Assembly: GCA_965238075.1 (NCBI GenBank)
Contig: OZ250173.1
Coordinates: 2,464,001 to 2,528,000, forward strand
Source of the DNA: Candidatus Entotheonellaceae bacterium
Lineage (GTDB): Bacteria; Tectomicrobia; Entotheonellia; Entotheonellales; Entotheonellaceae
DNA: 64,000 bases
Reading direction: 5' to 3'
Each line of letters starts with the position of its first letter. Position 1 is the first letter of the stretch. Below the pieces are notes generated by a model. It was given only the letters and a program-made list of their open reading frames with translations, ran no database searches and was not told the origin of the DNA. Below, one piece after another: positions 1 to 8,284 of this stretch. Made by a program: the position numbers and the translations under genes.

Positions 1-2
1 AA

Positions 3-347
3 TACGTTGCCGACAAGACCAATTGGCAGGCGATGCTCAAGGGGCAAGCGGCCACTGTGGACTTGGCGCAGCAGCGCGATGGGCTGCTTGAACAGGTGGG
101 CGGCGCGATTCAGGCCGTCAACGAACAGTTTGGCGGGTCCGTCGTCGAGGTGCTGGAGCGGCAGGCCGTGGACATCGCCTACCCGGTGCTCGAATACCCC
201 GTCAAGGTGCGCTCGTTCAACCTCGACAAGAACCCCCAGGCCGAGGGGGTTCTGCAGGGCATCAAGGGCCAGTACCTCATCTTCGATACGGGCGTCATCA
301 ACGTGCGTAAGTACACCGGTTATCACCTCACGCTTCAAGTCGATTGA
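3..347 (+). CDS. DUF2797 domain protein, 5'-truncated by the window edge
   Basis: Frame open from base 3 (YVADKTNWQAMLKG...). C-terminal YPVLEYPVKVRSFNLDK...GVLQGIKGQYLIFDTGVINVRKYTGY matches my recollection of DUF2797. Confidence 0.75.
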   Translation, partial: YVADKTNWQAMLKGQAATVDLAQQRDGLLEQVGGAIQAVNEQFGGSVVEVLERQAVDIAYPVLEYPVKVRSFNLDKNPQAEGVLQGIKGQYLIFDTGVINVRKYTGYHLTLQVD

Positions 348-372
348 TACGCAGCGCAACGGGGAGTGATTC

Positions 373-1296
373 ATGTCGGATATCGTGTTTGGAACGGCCT
401 TGCAGACGGTAACGGACGTGGCGGGGTTTGCTCGTCGTGCCGAGGACCTCGGGTTTGATCTTCTGGGGTGTGGTGAGCACGTGATGTTTCACGGCCCGGT
501 GGGCAATACGTTCATTTCCCTGTCGGTGGCGGCGGGCGCGACGCAGCGCATCCGGCTGCTGAGCTCGATTGTCCTGCTGCCGTTGTATCCTGCTGCTTTG
601 GCCGCCAAGCTGGGCGCCGCGCTGGACGTGGCGTCGAACGGCAGATACAACTTCGGGGTGGGCGTCGGCGGCGAATTTCCCAAGGAGTTCGAGGCTTGCG
701 GCGTGCCGGTCAATCAGCGCGGCGCCCGCACCAACGAGGCGCTTGAGGTTATTACCCGGCTGTGGACCGAACAAAACGTTACCTTTCAGGGCCGCTTCAC
801 CACCACCAACGAGGTGACGATTTCCCCCGCGCCGCTGCAAAAGCCGCACCCGCCCATCTGGGTGGCGGGCCGCCGCGACGCCGCCATGAAACGCGCCGCG
901 CGCTACGCCAACGGCTGGCTGCCGTATATGTACACACCGGAACAACTGCACGACAGCATCGAGACGATTACCCGCTACCGCCGCGAATTCGGCCGCGACA
1001 TGGCGGACTTCAACCCCGGCGTGTTCGTCTTCACCACGGTGCACCGCGACGGCGCCAAGGCCCGCCAGATGTGCAACGACAAGCTCAGCACCCAGTACGC
1101 GCAGGACTTCACCAAGCTGGTACCGCGCTACGGCCTGGCCGGTACCCCGGAAGAATGCCGCAAACGCCTGCAGGAATATATCGACGCCGGGGCGCGCACG
1201 ATCATCCTGCCCGCCGCCGGCCCGGCCGATTACAACGACGAGAACCTCGCCATGATCGCGCAGGAAGTCATCCCGGCGTTTCGCGGCGGGCGTTAG
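373..1296 (+). CDS. LLM class flavin-dependent oxidoreductase (luciferase-like)
   Basis: Motifs AEDLGFD..GEH, LDVASNGR..FGVGVG, PPIWVAG, RAARYANGW; RBS GGAG upstream. Confidence 0.92.
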   Translation: MSDIVFGTALQTVTDVAGFARRAEDLGFDLLGCGEHVMFHGPVGNTFISLSVAAGATQRIRLLSSIVLLPLYPAALAAKLGAALDVASNGRYNFGVGVGGEFPKEFEACGVPVNQRGARTNEALEVITRLWTEQNVTFQGRFTTTNEVTISPAPLQKPHPPIWVAGRRDAAMKRAARYANGWLPYMYTPEQLHDSIETITRYRREFGRDMADFNPGVFVFTTVHRDGAKARQMCNDKLSTQYAQDFTKLVPRYGLAGTPEECRKRLQEYIDAGARTIILPAAGPADYNDENLAMIAQEVIPAFRGGR

Positions 1297-1345
1297 AGCC
1301 TTTGCCAAACCAAGACATTACGATGGCCGTTAAACAAGACCTCAA

Positions 1346-1370
1346 GGTGGAGCAGACATTCTTGTCTGCT
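1346..1370 (+). repeat. REP-like palindrome, copy 1
   Basis: GGTGG followed by the perfect hairpin AGCAGACA-TTCT-TGTCTGCT. Confidence 0.8.
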
Positions 1371-2004
1371 CACGACCTGTCTACTCATAAACATCAGACC
1401 GAAACGCCTGCGAGGCCGTCTTCATCATCCGCGCTCACCACAACCCGCCGCCGTCTTCCCCACTGGAAAAAGGACGGCTCCATCTACTGGATCACCTTCC
1501 GCCTTGCCGACGCCATCCCGCAAGACAAACGCCGCGCCTGGAAACGGGAGCGCGACATTTGGCTCGGACTTCATCCCGAACCGCGGAGCGAAGCGGATTG
1601 GAAGGAACACGACCAACGTTTCGGCGAAAAGATCGAAGCCTGGCTCGACGCCGGCATGGGTTCACACGCCCTGGCAAGGCCCGACATCCGTGAAGCCGTC
1701 AAAAAATGCCTGTTGCGTTTCAACGGAGAAAGGCTACTTCTGCACGCTGCCGTCATCATGCCAACACACGTTCACCTCCTGCTGGAACCGCTTAATGGCC
1801 ACGACCTCTCCCGGCTCTTGCAAGGCACCAAAGGGGCCAGCGCCCGTGAGGCGAACAAACTGCGCGCCGCCGCCGGAACCTTCTGGCTCGACGAATCTTT
1901 CGACCACATCGTGCGCAGCGAAAAACAGTACCAGCGCTTCGTCCGCTACATCGCCGACAACCCCGTGAAAGCGGAATTGAAAAACGACGAATACTGGCTC
2001 TATC

Positions 2005-2070
2005 AGGGTGGCGCAGACATTCCTGTCCGCGCGTTGGGAGAAAGGCAGACAGGAATGTCTGCCTCACCCT
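2005..2070. repeat. Inverted pair of REP-like palindromes (REPIN-like doublet)
   Basis: AGGGTGGCGCAGACATTCCTGTCCGC ... GGCAGACAGGAATGTCTGCCTCACCCT: two copies of the 1346-1370 motif in opposite orientation. Confidence 0.85.
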
Positions 2071-2119
2071 CTCTTTCTCAACGTCTTGACAGACTCACCA
2101 ACTCATAAAGGAACCGCAC

Positions 2120-3268
2120 ATGGCTGAGTCGTACGATCTGCTCCTCAAGAATGGTGACCTCCTCGATCCGTCACAGGACATGCGGCGGCACGGCGACATC
2201 GCCTTTCGCGACGGCCGGGTGGCCGCCATCGAGGCCGACATTCCGGTCACCGAGGCGTCCGAGGTGATCGACGTGAGAGGCCACCTGGTGACGCCGGGGC
2301 TCATCGACATCCACGGTCATTTCTACTACCGCGGCTGGCCCGGCGCGGTGGACCCGGACGTTGCCTGCCTGCCGTCGGGGGTGACCACCGCGGTGGACGC
2401 CGGCAGCACCGGGTGGGGCAACTACGCGGCCTTACGCGACTACGTGATGCGCGATTCGCACACGCGGCTGTATGCCTTCGTGCACCTGTGCGCCACCGGC
2501 CTGACGTCGCTTACGGCGCGCGTCGGCGAGTTACAGAATCTGGCCTTTGCGCAGACCGACCAAGCTATTCGCTGCATCGGAGACAACCCGGATCAGACGC
2601 TGGGCGTCAAGGTGCGCATCGATCACCGCGCTACCGGCGAGGCCAACGCCCTGCCGGCCTTGCAAATGGCGCGCGAGGTGGCGGACGCGACGCAATCGCA
2701 GATGATGGTGCACGTCAGCGGCACGCCCGTGCCCCTGGTGCGACTCTTCGATTTCATGCGTCCCGGCGACGTCGCCACGCACATCCTCAACGGTCACGCG
2801 CATAACGTTCTGGACGGCAACGGACGGATTCGTGACGGGGTGCGGGAGGCTCGGGAGCGGGGGGTCGTGCTGGACGTGGGGCACGCCGGGGTGCATTTCG
2901 ACCTCAACGTGGCGCGCGCCGCGGTGGCGCAGGAGTTCTGGCCGGACACGCTGAGCACCGACATCCACACACCGCCGCCCGACCGCGTGGTCTACGACCT
3001 GCTCGGCGTCATGTCCACATTTCTGGCGCTGGAGATGCCTTTGGAAGCGGTGGTTGCCAGCGTCACCAGCAAGGCCGCCGTGGCCATCGGCAAGCCGGAA
3101 TTGGGCAGCCTGAGGGTCGGCAGTCCCGGCGACGCCGCGGTTCTGGAACTCCAGGAGGGCGAGTTCAGTTTCGTGGACGCGGCGGGCAACGAGGTGCCCG
3201 CCGGTCAGCGGCTGCATGCGGTGCTGACGGTCAAGGGCGGGCGCCGCTGGCGCGCGCAGGCGGCCTGA
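2120..3268 (+). CDS. amidohydrolase/deacetylase family metallohydrolase (dihydroorotase-like)
   Basis: PGLIDIHGH metal-binding motif, GVTTAVDAGS, GVKVR, DVGHAG, TLSTD. Confidence 0.9.
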   Translation: MAESYDLLLKNGDLLDPSQDMRRHGDIAFRDGRVAAIEADIPVTEASEVIDVRGHLVTPGLIDIHGHFYYRGWPGAVDPDVACLPSGVTTAVDAGSTGWGNYAALRDYVMRDSHTRLYAFVHLCATGLTSLTARVGELQNLAFAQTDQAIRCIGDNPDQTLGVKVRIDHRATGEANALPALQMAREVADATQSQMMVHVSGTPVPLVRLFDFMRPGDVATHILNGHAHNVLDGNGRIRDGVREARERGVVLDVGHAGVHFDLNVARAAVAQEFWPDTLSTDIHTPPPDRVVYDLLGVMSTFLALEMPLEAVVASVTSKAAVAIGKPELGSLRVGSPGDAAVLELQEGEFSFVDAAGNEVPAGQRLHAVLTVKGGRRWRAQAA

Positions 3269-3281
3269 CCCGCGCCGCGTT

Positions 3282-5186
3282 TCAGGCTTGCAGGTCCGCT
3301 TTCATCTCCTGCCACGCCTGCCGGGCGTCCTCGACCGAGCCTTCCTCTTCAATCGTGGTGATGTCGCCCGGATCCTGGTCCAGAACGACCGATTTCAGCA
3401 CCCGCCGCATGATTTTGCCGCTGCGTGTCTTGGGCAGCGTGTTGACGAAATTCAACTCGCCGATGACGGCCACGGGCCCCAACTCCCGGCGCACCGTGGC
3501 CAGCAATTCCTGCCGGATTTCCTCCGACGGCTGATAATCCGCCTTGAGTGCCACGAACGCCGAGATCACCTCGCTGCGCAGCGCGTCGGGCCGACCGGTA
3601 ACGCCGACCTCGGCGACGCCGGGATGCCTGAGAAAGGCGGTCTCCACCTCAATGGTGCCCAGCCGGTGGGCGGCGATCTTGATGATCTCGTCGGCACGGC
3701 CGGCGAACCAGACGTAGCCGTCCTCGTCGATGTGGGCCGAGTCGCCCGTGTAGTAGACGCCCGAAATGCGTTCCCAATAATCGGCGCCGTAGCGCTCCGG
3801 CTCGCCCCACAGCATCGGGGTCAGGCCGGGGAAGGGCCGCTTGATACCCATGATGCCCTTCTCGCCCGGCGCGCACGGCTCGCCTTCGGGGGTCATGACC
3901 ACCGCCTCGACGCCCGGCATGGGGATGCCCGACGAGCCGGGCTTGATGGGCAACATCCCCAGCCCGTACGGATTGCCGAACACCGGGCCGCCCGTTTCGG
4001 TCTGCCACATGTGGTCCATCACCGGCACCCGGTCGCCCAGGGCTTCCTTCTGCAGCCATTCCCAGACCGGCGCGTTGAGCACCTCGCCGGCGCAGAACAC
4101 ACGCTCCAGCAGCGACAGGTCGTAGCGCTTCACCGGCTCGCTGCCGTAGCGCATCAGCAGCCGCACCGCGGTGGGCGAGGTGAACACGCCGGTGACGCCG
4201 AATTCCTCCATCACCTGCCACAGGACCTCCGGGCTGGGGTGGTCCAGCGCGCCCTCGTAGACGATGGTCGTGCAGCCGCGCAGCAGGGGCGCGTACACGA
4301 TGTAGCTGTGGCCGACCACCCAGCCGATGTCGGAGGTGGACCACCAGACGTCGGTCGGCTTCATGCCGAAGCACCAGTTCCCCATGCTGTGGACGTGAAC
4401 CTGGTAGCCGCCGTGCATGGAGACGACCAGCTTCGGCTTGGCGGTGGTGCCGGAGGTGGCGAGGATGTAGGCCGGTTCGTTGGATTCCATGGCCACGTGG
4501 CCGCCGTCGTGGCCTTCGCCGCGTTGCAGGAAATCGTCCCAATCGAGGTCGCGGTCGGAGGCCGGGGCTTGGCTGTCGGCGCTGCGGCGCAGGACCACGA
4601 CGTGCTCCACGCCGTCGCCGCCGGTTTGCATCGCAGCGTCAACGATGCCCTTCAGCGGCACGTCGTTGCCCTTGCGGAACGTGATGTCGGTGGTGAACAG
4701 CAGCCGCGAGCCGCTGGCCTGCACGCGCTCGGCCAGGGCGCCGGCGCCGAATCCGGCGAAGACCACCGAGTGGATGGCGCCGATGCGCACGGTGGCCAGC
4801 ATCAGCATGATGGCTTCCGGGCAGGTGGGCATGTAGATGGTGACGCGGTCGCCCTTGCCGATGCCCAGCCCGCGCAGGGCGGCGGCGATGCGGGCCACCT
4901 GGCGCGTCAGCTGGGTGTAGGTGAACACGCGCCGCTCCAGCCGTTCGTTGGCGTAGATCATGGCGGTGTGGCCGCCCCAGCCCTGCGCCACGTGGTGGTC
5001 CAGGCAGTTGTAGGCCAGGTTGGTCTCGGCGTTCAGGAACCAGCGGAAGTTGGGGTAATTCCACTCGAAGACGCGGTCCCATTTGCGGAACCAGGGCAAC
5101 TGCTCGGCGGCGGCGGCCCAGAACGCCTCGGGGTCCGCCTGTGCCCGTTCCAACCATTGCCGCACGATCGGATTGATCAGGTCCAT
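3282..5186 (-). CDS. acs: acetate-CoA ligase / acetyl-CoA synthetase family
   Basis: TSGTTAKPK, SDIGWVVGHSYIVY, WQTETGG, YYTGD, LPKTRSGKIMRR. Confidence 0.9.
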   Translation of the reverse strand: MDLINPIVRQWLERAQADPEAFWAAAAEQLPWFRKWDRVFEWNYPNFRWFLNAETNLAYNCLDHHVAQGWGGHTAMIYANERLERRVFTYTQLTRQVARIAAALRGLGIGKGDRVTIYMPTCPEAIMLMLATVRIGAIHSVVFAGFGAGALAERVQASGSRLLFTTDITFRKGNDVPLKGIVDAAMQTGGDGVEHVVVLRRSADSQAPASDRDLDWDDFLQRGEGHDGGHVAMESNEPAYILATSGTTAKPKLVVSMHGGYQVHVHSMGNWCFGMKPTDVWWSTSDIGWVVGHSYIVYAPLLRGCTTIVYEGALDHPSPEVLWQVMEEFGVTGVFTSPTAVRLLMRYGSEPVKRYDLSLLERVFCAGEVLNAPVWEWLQKEALGDRVPVMDHMWQTETGGPVFGNPYGLGMLPIKPGSSGIPMPGVEAVVMTPEGEPCAPGEKGIMGIKRPFPGLTPMLWGEPERYGADYWERISGVYYTGDSAHIDEDGYVWFAGRADEIIKIAAHRLGTIEVETAFLRHPGVAEVGVTGRPDALRSEVISAFVALKADYQPSEEIRQELLATVRRELGPVAVIGELNFVNTLPKTRSGKIMRRVLKSVVLDQDPGDITTIEEEGSVEDARQAWQEMKADLQA

Positions 5187-5196
5187 TGCCGCTTCC

Positions 5197-5460
5197 TTAT
5201 GAGGTTGGAGGTGTGAGGCCGTCGAACACCGTGCTGCGCAGGGCCATGCGGGCGCTCAGGAGGCCGGCCAGCAGGCCGTCTTCAAAGTTGAACGTGGCAT
5301 CGTCCGACACCTCGGGGTGATCCTGCGGGTCCTGCAGCTCGTCCGGGCTGATATGCGGCAGGATGTCCAGCGCCACGTCCCGCACCTTGTCGCGCTGCTG
5401 GCTGATCATGCGCTCGAGAACCTCTTCGACGTCGGCGAAGAGTTGTTGCAATTCGGGCAT
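5197..5460 (-). CDS. small acidic hypothetical protein
   Basis: 87-aa ORF, strong RBS AGGAG before ATG 5460, 10 bp upstream of acs in the same orientation. Confidence 0.75.
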   Translation of the reverse strand: MPELQQLFADVEEVLERMISQQRDKVRDVALDILPHISPDELQDPQDHPEVSDDATFNFEDGLLAGLLSARMALRSTVFDGLTPPTS

Positions 5461-5619
5461 GGTGTCTCCTCGTTTCAATCCTCACCGGTCTGCGAAGGCC
5501 GGTGCTGCGAGCGACCGCGGCGGGGGCAGGCGAGGGCTGTCGGGGAATTCCTGTTATATGTTGCAGAGCGAAGCATCATAGCATATCCGCTCGCCGCCAA
5601 GGCCGCCGCGGGTTTTCCT

Positions 5620-5648
5620 TTGAAAGCGGCGGGGCGATACTCTAGGAT
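5620..5648 (+). promoter_or_regulatory. candidate sigma70 promoter for the acyl-CoA synthetase gene
   Basis: TTGAAA - 17 bp - TAGGAT, about 57 bp upstream of ATG 5705 in a divergent intergenic region. Confidence 0.45.
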
Positions 5649-5704
5649 AGTCGCCCGGCCAAAGAGCCTGGCCGAGAGCGTCCACCGTGTACGGGAGATT
5701 TGCT

Positions 5705-7315
5705 ATGGTGCAGACAGCGGTCAATTACACCCCGCTCACCCCCCTGAGTTTCCTCGCCCGCACTGCGAGCGTCTATCCTGACAAAACAGCCGTTGTCTAC
5801 AACGATACGCGCTACACATACCGGCAACTGCGCCATCGGGTGAACCGGCTGGCGACCGCTTTGCATGGCATCGGCGTGGTCAAGGGCGACCGCGTCGCCT
5901 TCCTGTGTCCCAACATTCCGCCTATGTTGGAGGCGCACTTCGGCGTGCCCCTGGCCGCGGCGATTCTGGTGGGCATCAATACCCGGTTGTCGTCGCCGGA
6001 AATCGCCTACATTATCAACCATTCCGGTTGCAAGGTGCTGTGCGTCGACGCGGAATTGGCGGCGTTGATCCGCCCGGTGCGGGGCCAGTTGACCAGCGTC
6101 GAGACGGTCGTGAATATCCGGGACGGCGATATCGGCGAGCCCCTGGATGAGGGGACGGATTACGAGTCGTTTCTGGCGACCGGCACGGACGCGTTGCTGG
6201 AAAGCCCGGTGCAGGACGAAAACGAGCCGATCAGCATCAATTACACCAGCGGCACCACCGGCAACCCCAAAGGGGTGCTGTACACGCACCGCAGCGGCTA
6301 CCTGAACGCCATGACCGCGGCGCTGGAGGTCGGCATGAGTTACCGCTCGACCTACCTGTGGACGCTGCCCATGTTTCACTGCAACGGCTGGTGCTTCCCG
6401 TGGGGCGTGACTGCGGTGGGCGCGACGCACGTCTGCCTGCGGCGGCTGGAACCGGCCAGGGTGTTCGACCTCATCGAAGCGGAGAAGGTGTCCCATCTGT
6501 GCGGCGCGCCTGTGGTGCTGATTTCCCTGGTCAACCATCCGCGCGCCAAAACTGCCGTCTTCCCCCGCAAGCTGCACGTTGTTACCGCCGCGGCGCCGCC
6601 GTCCCCGACGATTATCGCCAACATGGAAGCGCTCGGCGCCGAGATTTTCCACGTCTACGGACTCACCGAGACCTACGGCCCGCACAGCATCTGCGCCTGG
6701 CACGAGGAGTGGGACGACCTGCCGGTTGACGAGCGAGCGCGCAAGAAGGCGCGGCAGGGCGTGCCCTATATTACCGCCGGCGAGATGCGCGTGGTGGATG
6801 ACAACATGCACGACGTGCCCGCCGATGCCGAAACCCTCGGCGAGGTGGTGATGCGCGGCAACAACGTCATGCTCGGCTACCACCAGCAGCCCGAGGTGAC
6901 CGCCGAAGCCTTCCGCGGCGGCTGGTTCCACAGTGGCGACCTGGCCGTCATGCACCTGGACGGCTACGTCGAGCTGCGCGACCGCAAGAAGGACATCATC
7001 ATCAGCGGCGGCGAGAATATCTCGACCATCGAGGTGGAGAACACCATCTACCGTCATCCGGACGTGCAGGAGGTGTCGGTCATCGCCATCCCGGACGAAG
7101 AATGGGGCGAGGTGCCCAAGGCGTTCGTGGTGCCCAAGCCGGGCACGCAGCCGACGGAGGCCGACATCATCCAGTTCTGCCGCGACCACATAGCGCACTT
7201 CAAGTGCCCGAAGGCGGTGGAATTCGGCGACCTGCCGAAGACCTCGACCGGCAAGGTGAAAAAGTTCGCGCTGCGGGAGAAAGAGTGGAAGGGGCTTGAG
7301 ACCCGCATCAACTAG
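5705..7315 (+). CDS. acyl-CoA synthetase (AMP-forming; fatty-acid-CoA ligase family)
   Basis: YTPLTPLSFL, NYTSGTTGNPKG, TLPMFHCNGW, YGLTETYG, FHSGD, LPKTSTGK. Confidence 0.93.
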   Translation: MVQTAVNYTPLTPLSFLARTASVYPDKTAVVYNDTRYTYRQLRHRVNRLATALHGIGVVKGDRVAFLCPNIPPMLEAHFGVPLAAAILVGINTRLSSPEIAYIINHSGCKVLCVDAELAALIRPVRGQLTSVETVVNIRDGDIGEPLDEGTDYESFLATGTDALLESPVQDENEPISINYTSGTTGNPKGVLYTHRSGYLNAMTAALEVGMSYRSTYLWTLPMFHCNGWCFPWGVTAVGATHVCLRRLEPARVFDLIEAEKVSHLCGAPVVLISLVNHPRAKTAVFPRKLHVVTAAAPPSPTIIANMEALGAEIFHVYGLTETYGPHSICAWHEEWDDLPVDERARKKARQGVPYITAGEMRVVDDNMHDVPADAETLGEVVMRGNNVMLGYHQQPEVTAEAFRGGWFHSGDLAVMHLDGYVELRDRKKDIIISGGENISTIEVENTIYRHPDVQEVSVIAIPDEEWGEVPKAFVVPKPGTQPTEADIIQFCRDHIAHFKCPKAVEFGDLPKTSTGKVKKFALREKEWKGLETRIN

Positions 7316-7365
7316 ACCGAACCGGCGCGCGGCATCTTGCCGCTACGTGTCAGGAGGAGCCTGCT

Positions 7366-8253
7366 ATGGACGTTCTGTCGTTTTCGAAGGTGCCGACGCT
7401 GAAGCGTCCCATCCTCCTGCTCGCCTTTGCCGGATGGAACGACGCCGGGAACGCCGCGACCTTTGCCGCCAAGTTCCTTTTACAACGCCTGCAGGGTCAG
7501 AAATTCGCTACCCTGGATCCGGAGATTTTCTACAACTTCTCCGAGCAGCGTCCGCACGTGCGCTTTAGCGGCGGTGAGCGGGAAATCATCTGGCCGGCGA
7601 ATGAGTTCGCCTACGCCAGCGACCCGCAACTGGCGCAGGACGTCATCATCGCGCTGGGTGTCGAGCCCCACCTGCAATGGCGTCGCTACATCGATTCGGT
7701 GCTGCACGTGATTGAGGAATACGGGGTGGAGTTGGTCGTCACCCTTGGCGCCCTGCTCGCCGACGTGGCCTATGCCAAGCCAGTTCGGCTGACCGGTTCC
7801 GCCAGCGACGCGGAACTGGCGCAGCGCCTGCGTCTGTCGCCGTCCCGCTACGAAGGCCCGACTGGCATCGTCGGCGTCCTGCACGACACCTGCCGCCGGC
7901 GCGGCTTCCCTGCCCTCAGCATCTGGGCCAACGTGCCCCACTACATCGCCGCCACGCCCAACGTCAAGGCCGCCCTGGCCATCGTCCAGCGGGTGCTCCG
8001 GCTGCTCGATTTCAGCACGGATTTAAGCGATCTCGAGCGCGCTGCCGGTGAGTTCGACCGCCGCGTCAGCGACGTTTTGGCCAGTGATCCCAAGGTTGCC
8101 GAATACGTCCGCCGCCTCGAAGAACGCGATGAGGACGAGGACGACGAAGACGACGACATCGGCAATACCAACGACCTGCCCAGCGGCGACGAACTCGCCC
8201 GCGAGCTCGAAGCCTTCCTCCGCGAGCAGCGCCGCGAGCCGGATGAGGAGTAG
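7366..8253 (+). CDS. PAC2 (proteasome assembly chaperone) family protein
   Basis: AFAGWNDAGNAA, EPHLQW, LGALLADV, YEGPTGIVGV, WANVPHY, LARELEAFLR. Confidence 0.9.
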   Translation: MDVLSFSKVPTLKRPILLLAFAGWNDAGNAATFAAKFLLQRLQGQKFATLDPEIFYNFSEQRPHVRFSGGEREIIWPANEFAYASDPQLAQDVIIALGVEPHLQWRRYIDSVLHVIEEYGVELVVTLGALLADVAYAKPVRLTGSASDAELAQRLRLSPSRYEGPTGIVGVLHDTCRRRGFPALSIWANVPHYIAATPNVKAALAIVQRVLRLLDFSTDLSDLERAAGEFDRRVSDVLASDPKVAEYVRRLEERDEDEDDEDDDIGNTNDLPSGDELARELEAFLREQRREPDEE

Positions 8254-8284
8254 GGCAGGGTAGCGGCAAGCGGGTCGGCGCCCG

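Larger units (their letters stand above)
1323..2108 (+). mobile_element. REP-associated tyrosine transposase (RAYT, IS200/Y1 HUH family)
   Basis: RRRLPHW, YWITFRL, HUH motif VIMPTHVH, FWLDESFDHIVR and catalytic Tyr YIADNPVKA. Associated with REP-like palindromes. Start codon uncertain. Confidence 0.85.

Noticed and set aside
762-1322. N-terminal extension of the RAYT ORF (448-aa call)
   Set aside because: It overlaps the LLM gene in another frame and is Arg/Pro-rich noise, so it is not a real fusion.
3288-5216. Long antisense ORFs (e.g. 3288-5216 +, 5642-7198 -, 13454-15283 +, 49520-51982 +)
   Set aside because: They are shadows of clearly identified genes on the opposite strand, expected in GC-rich DNA, with no recognisable motifs.
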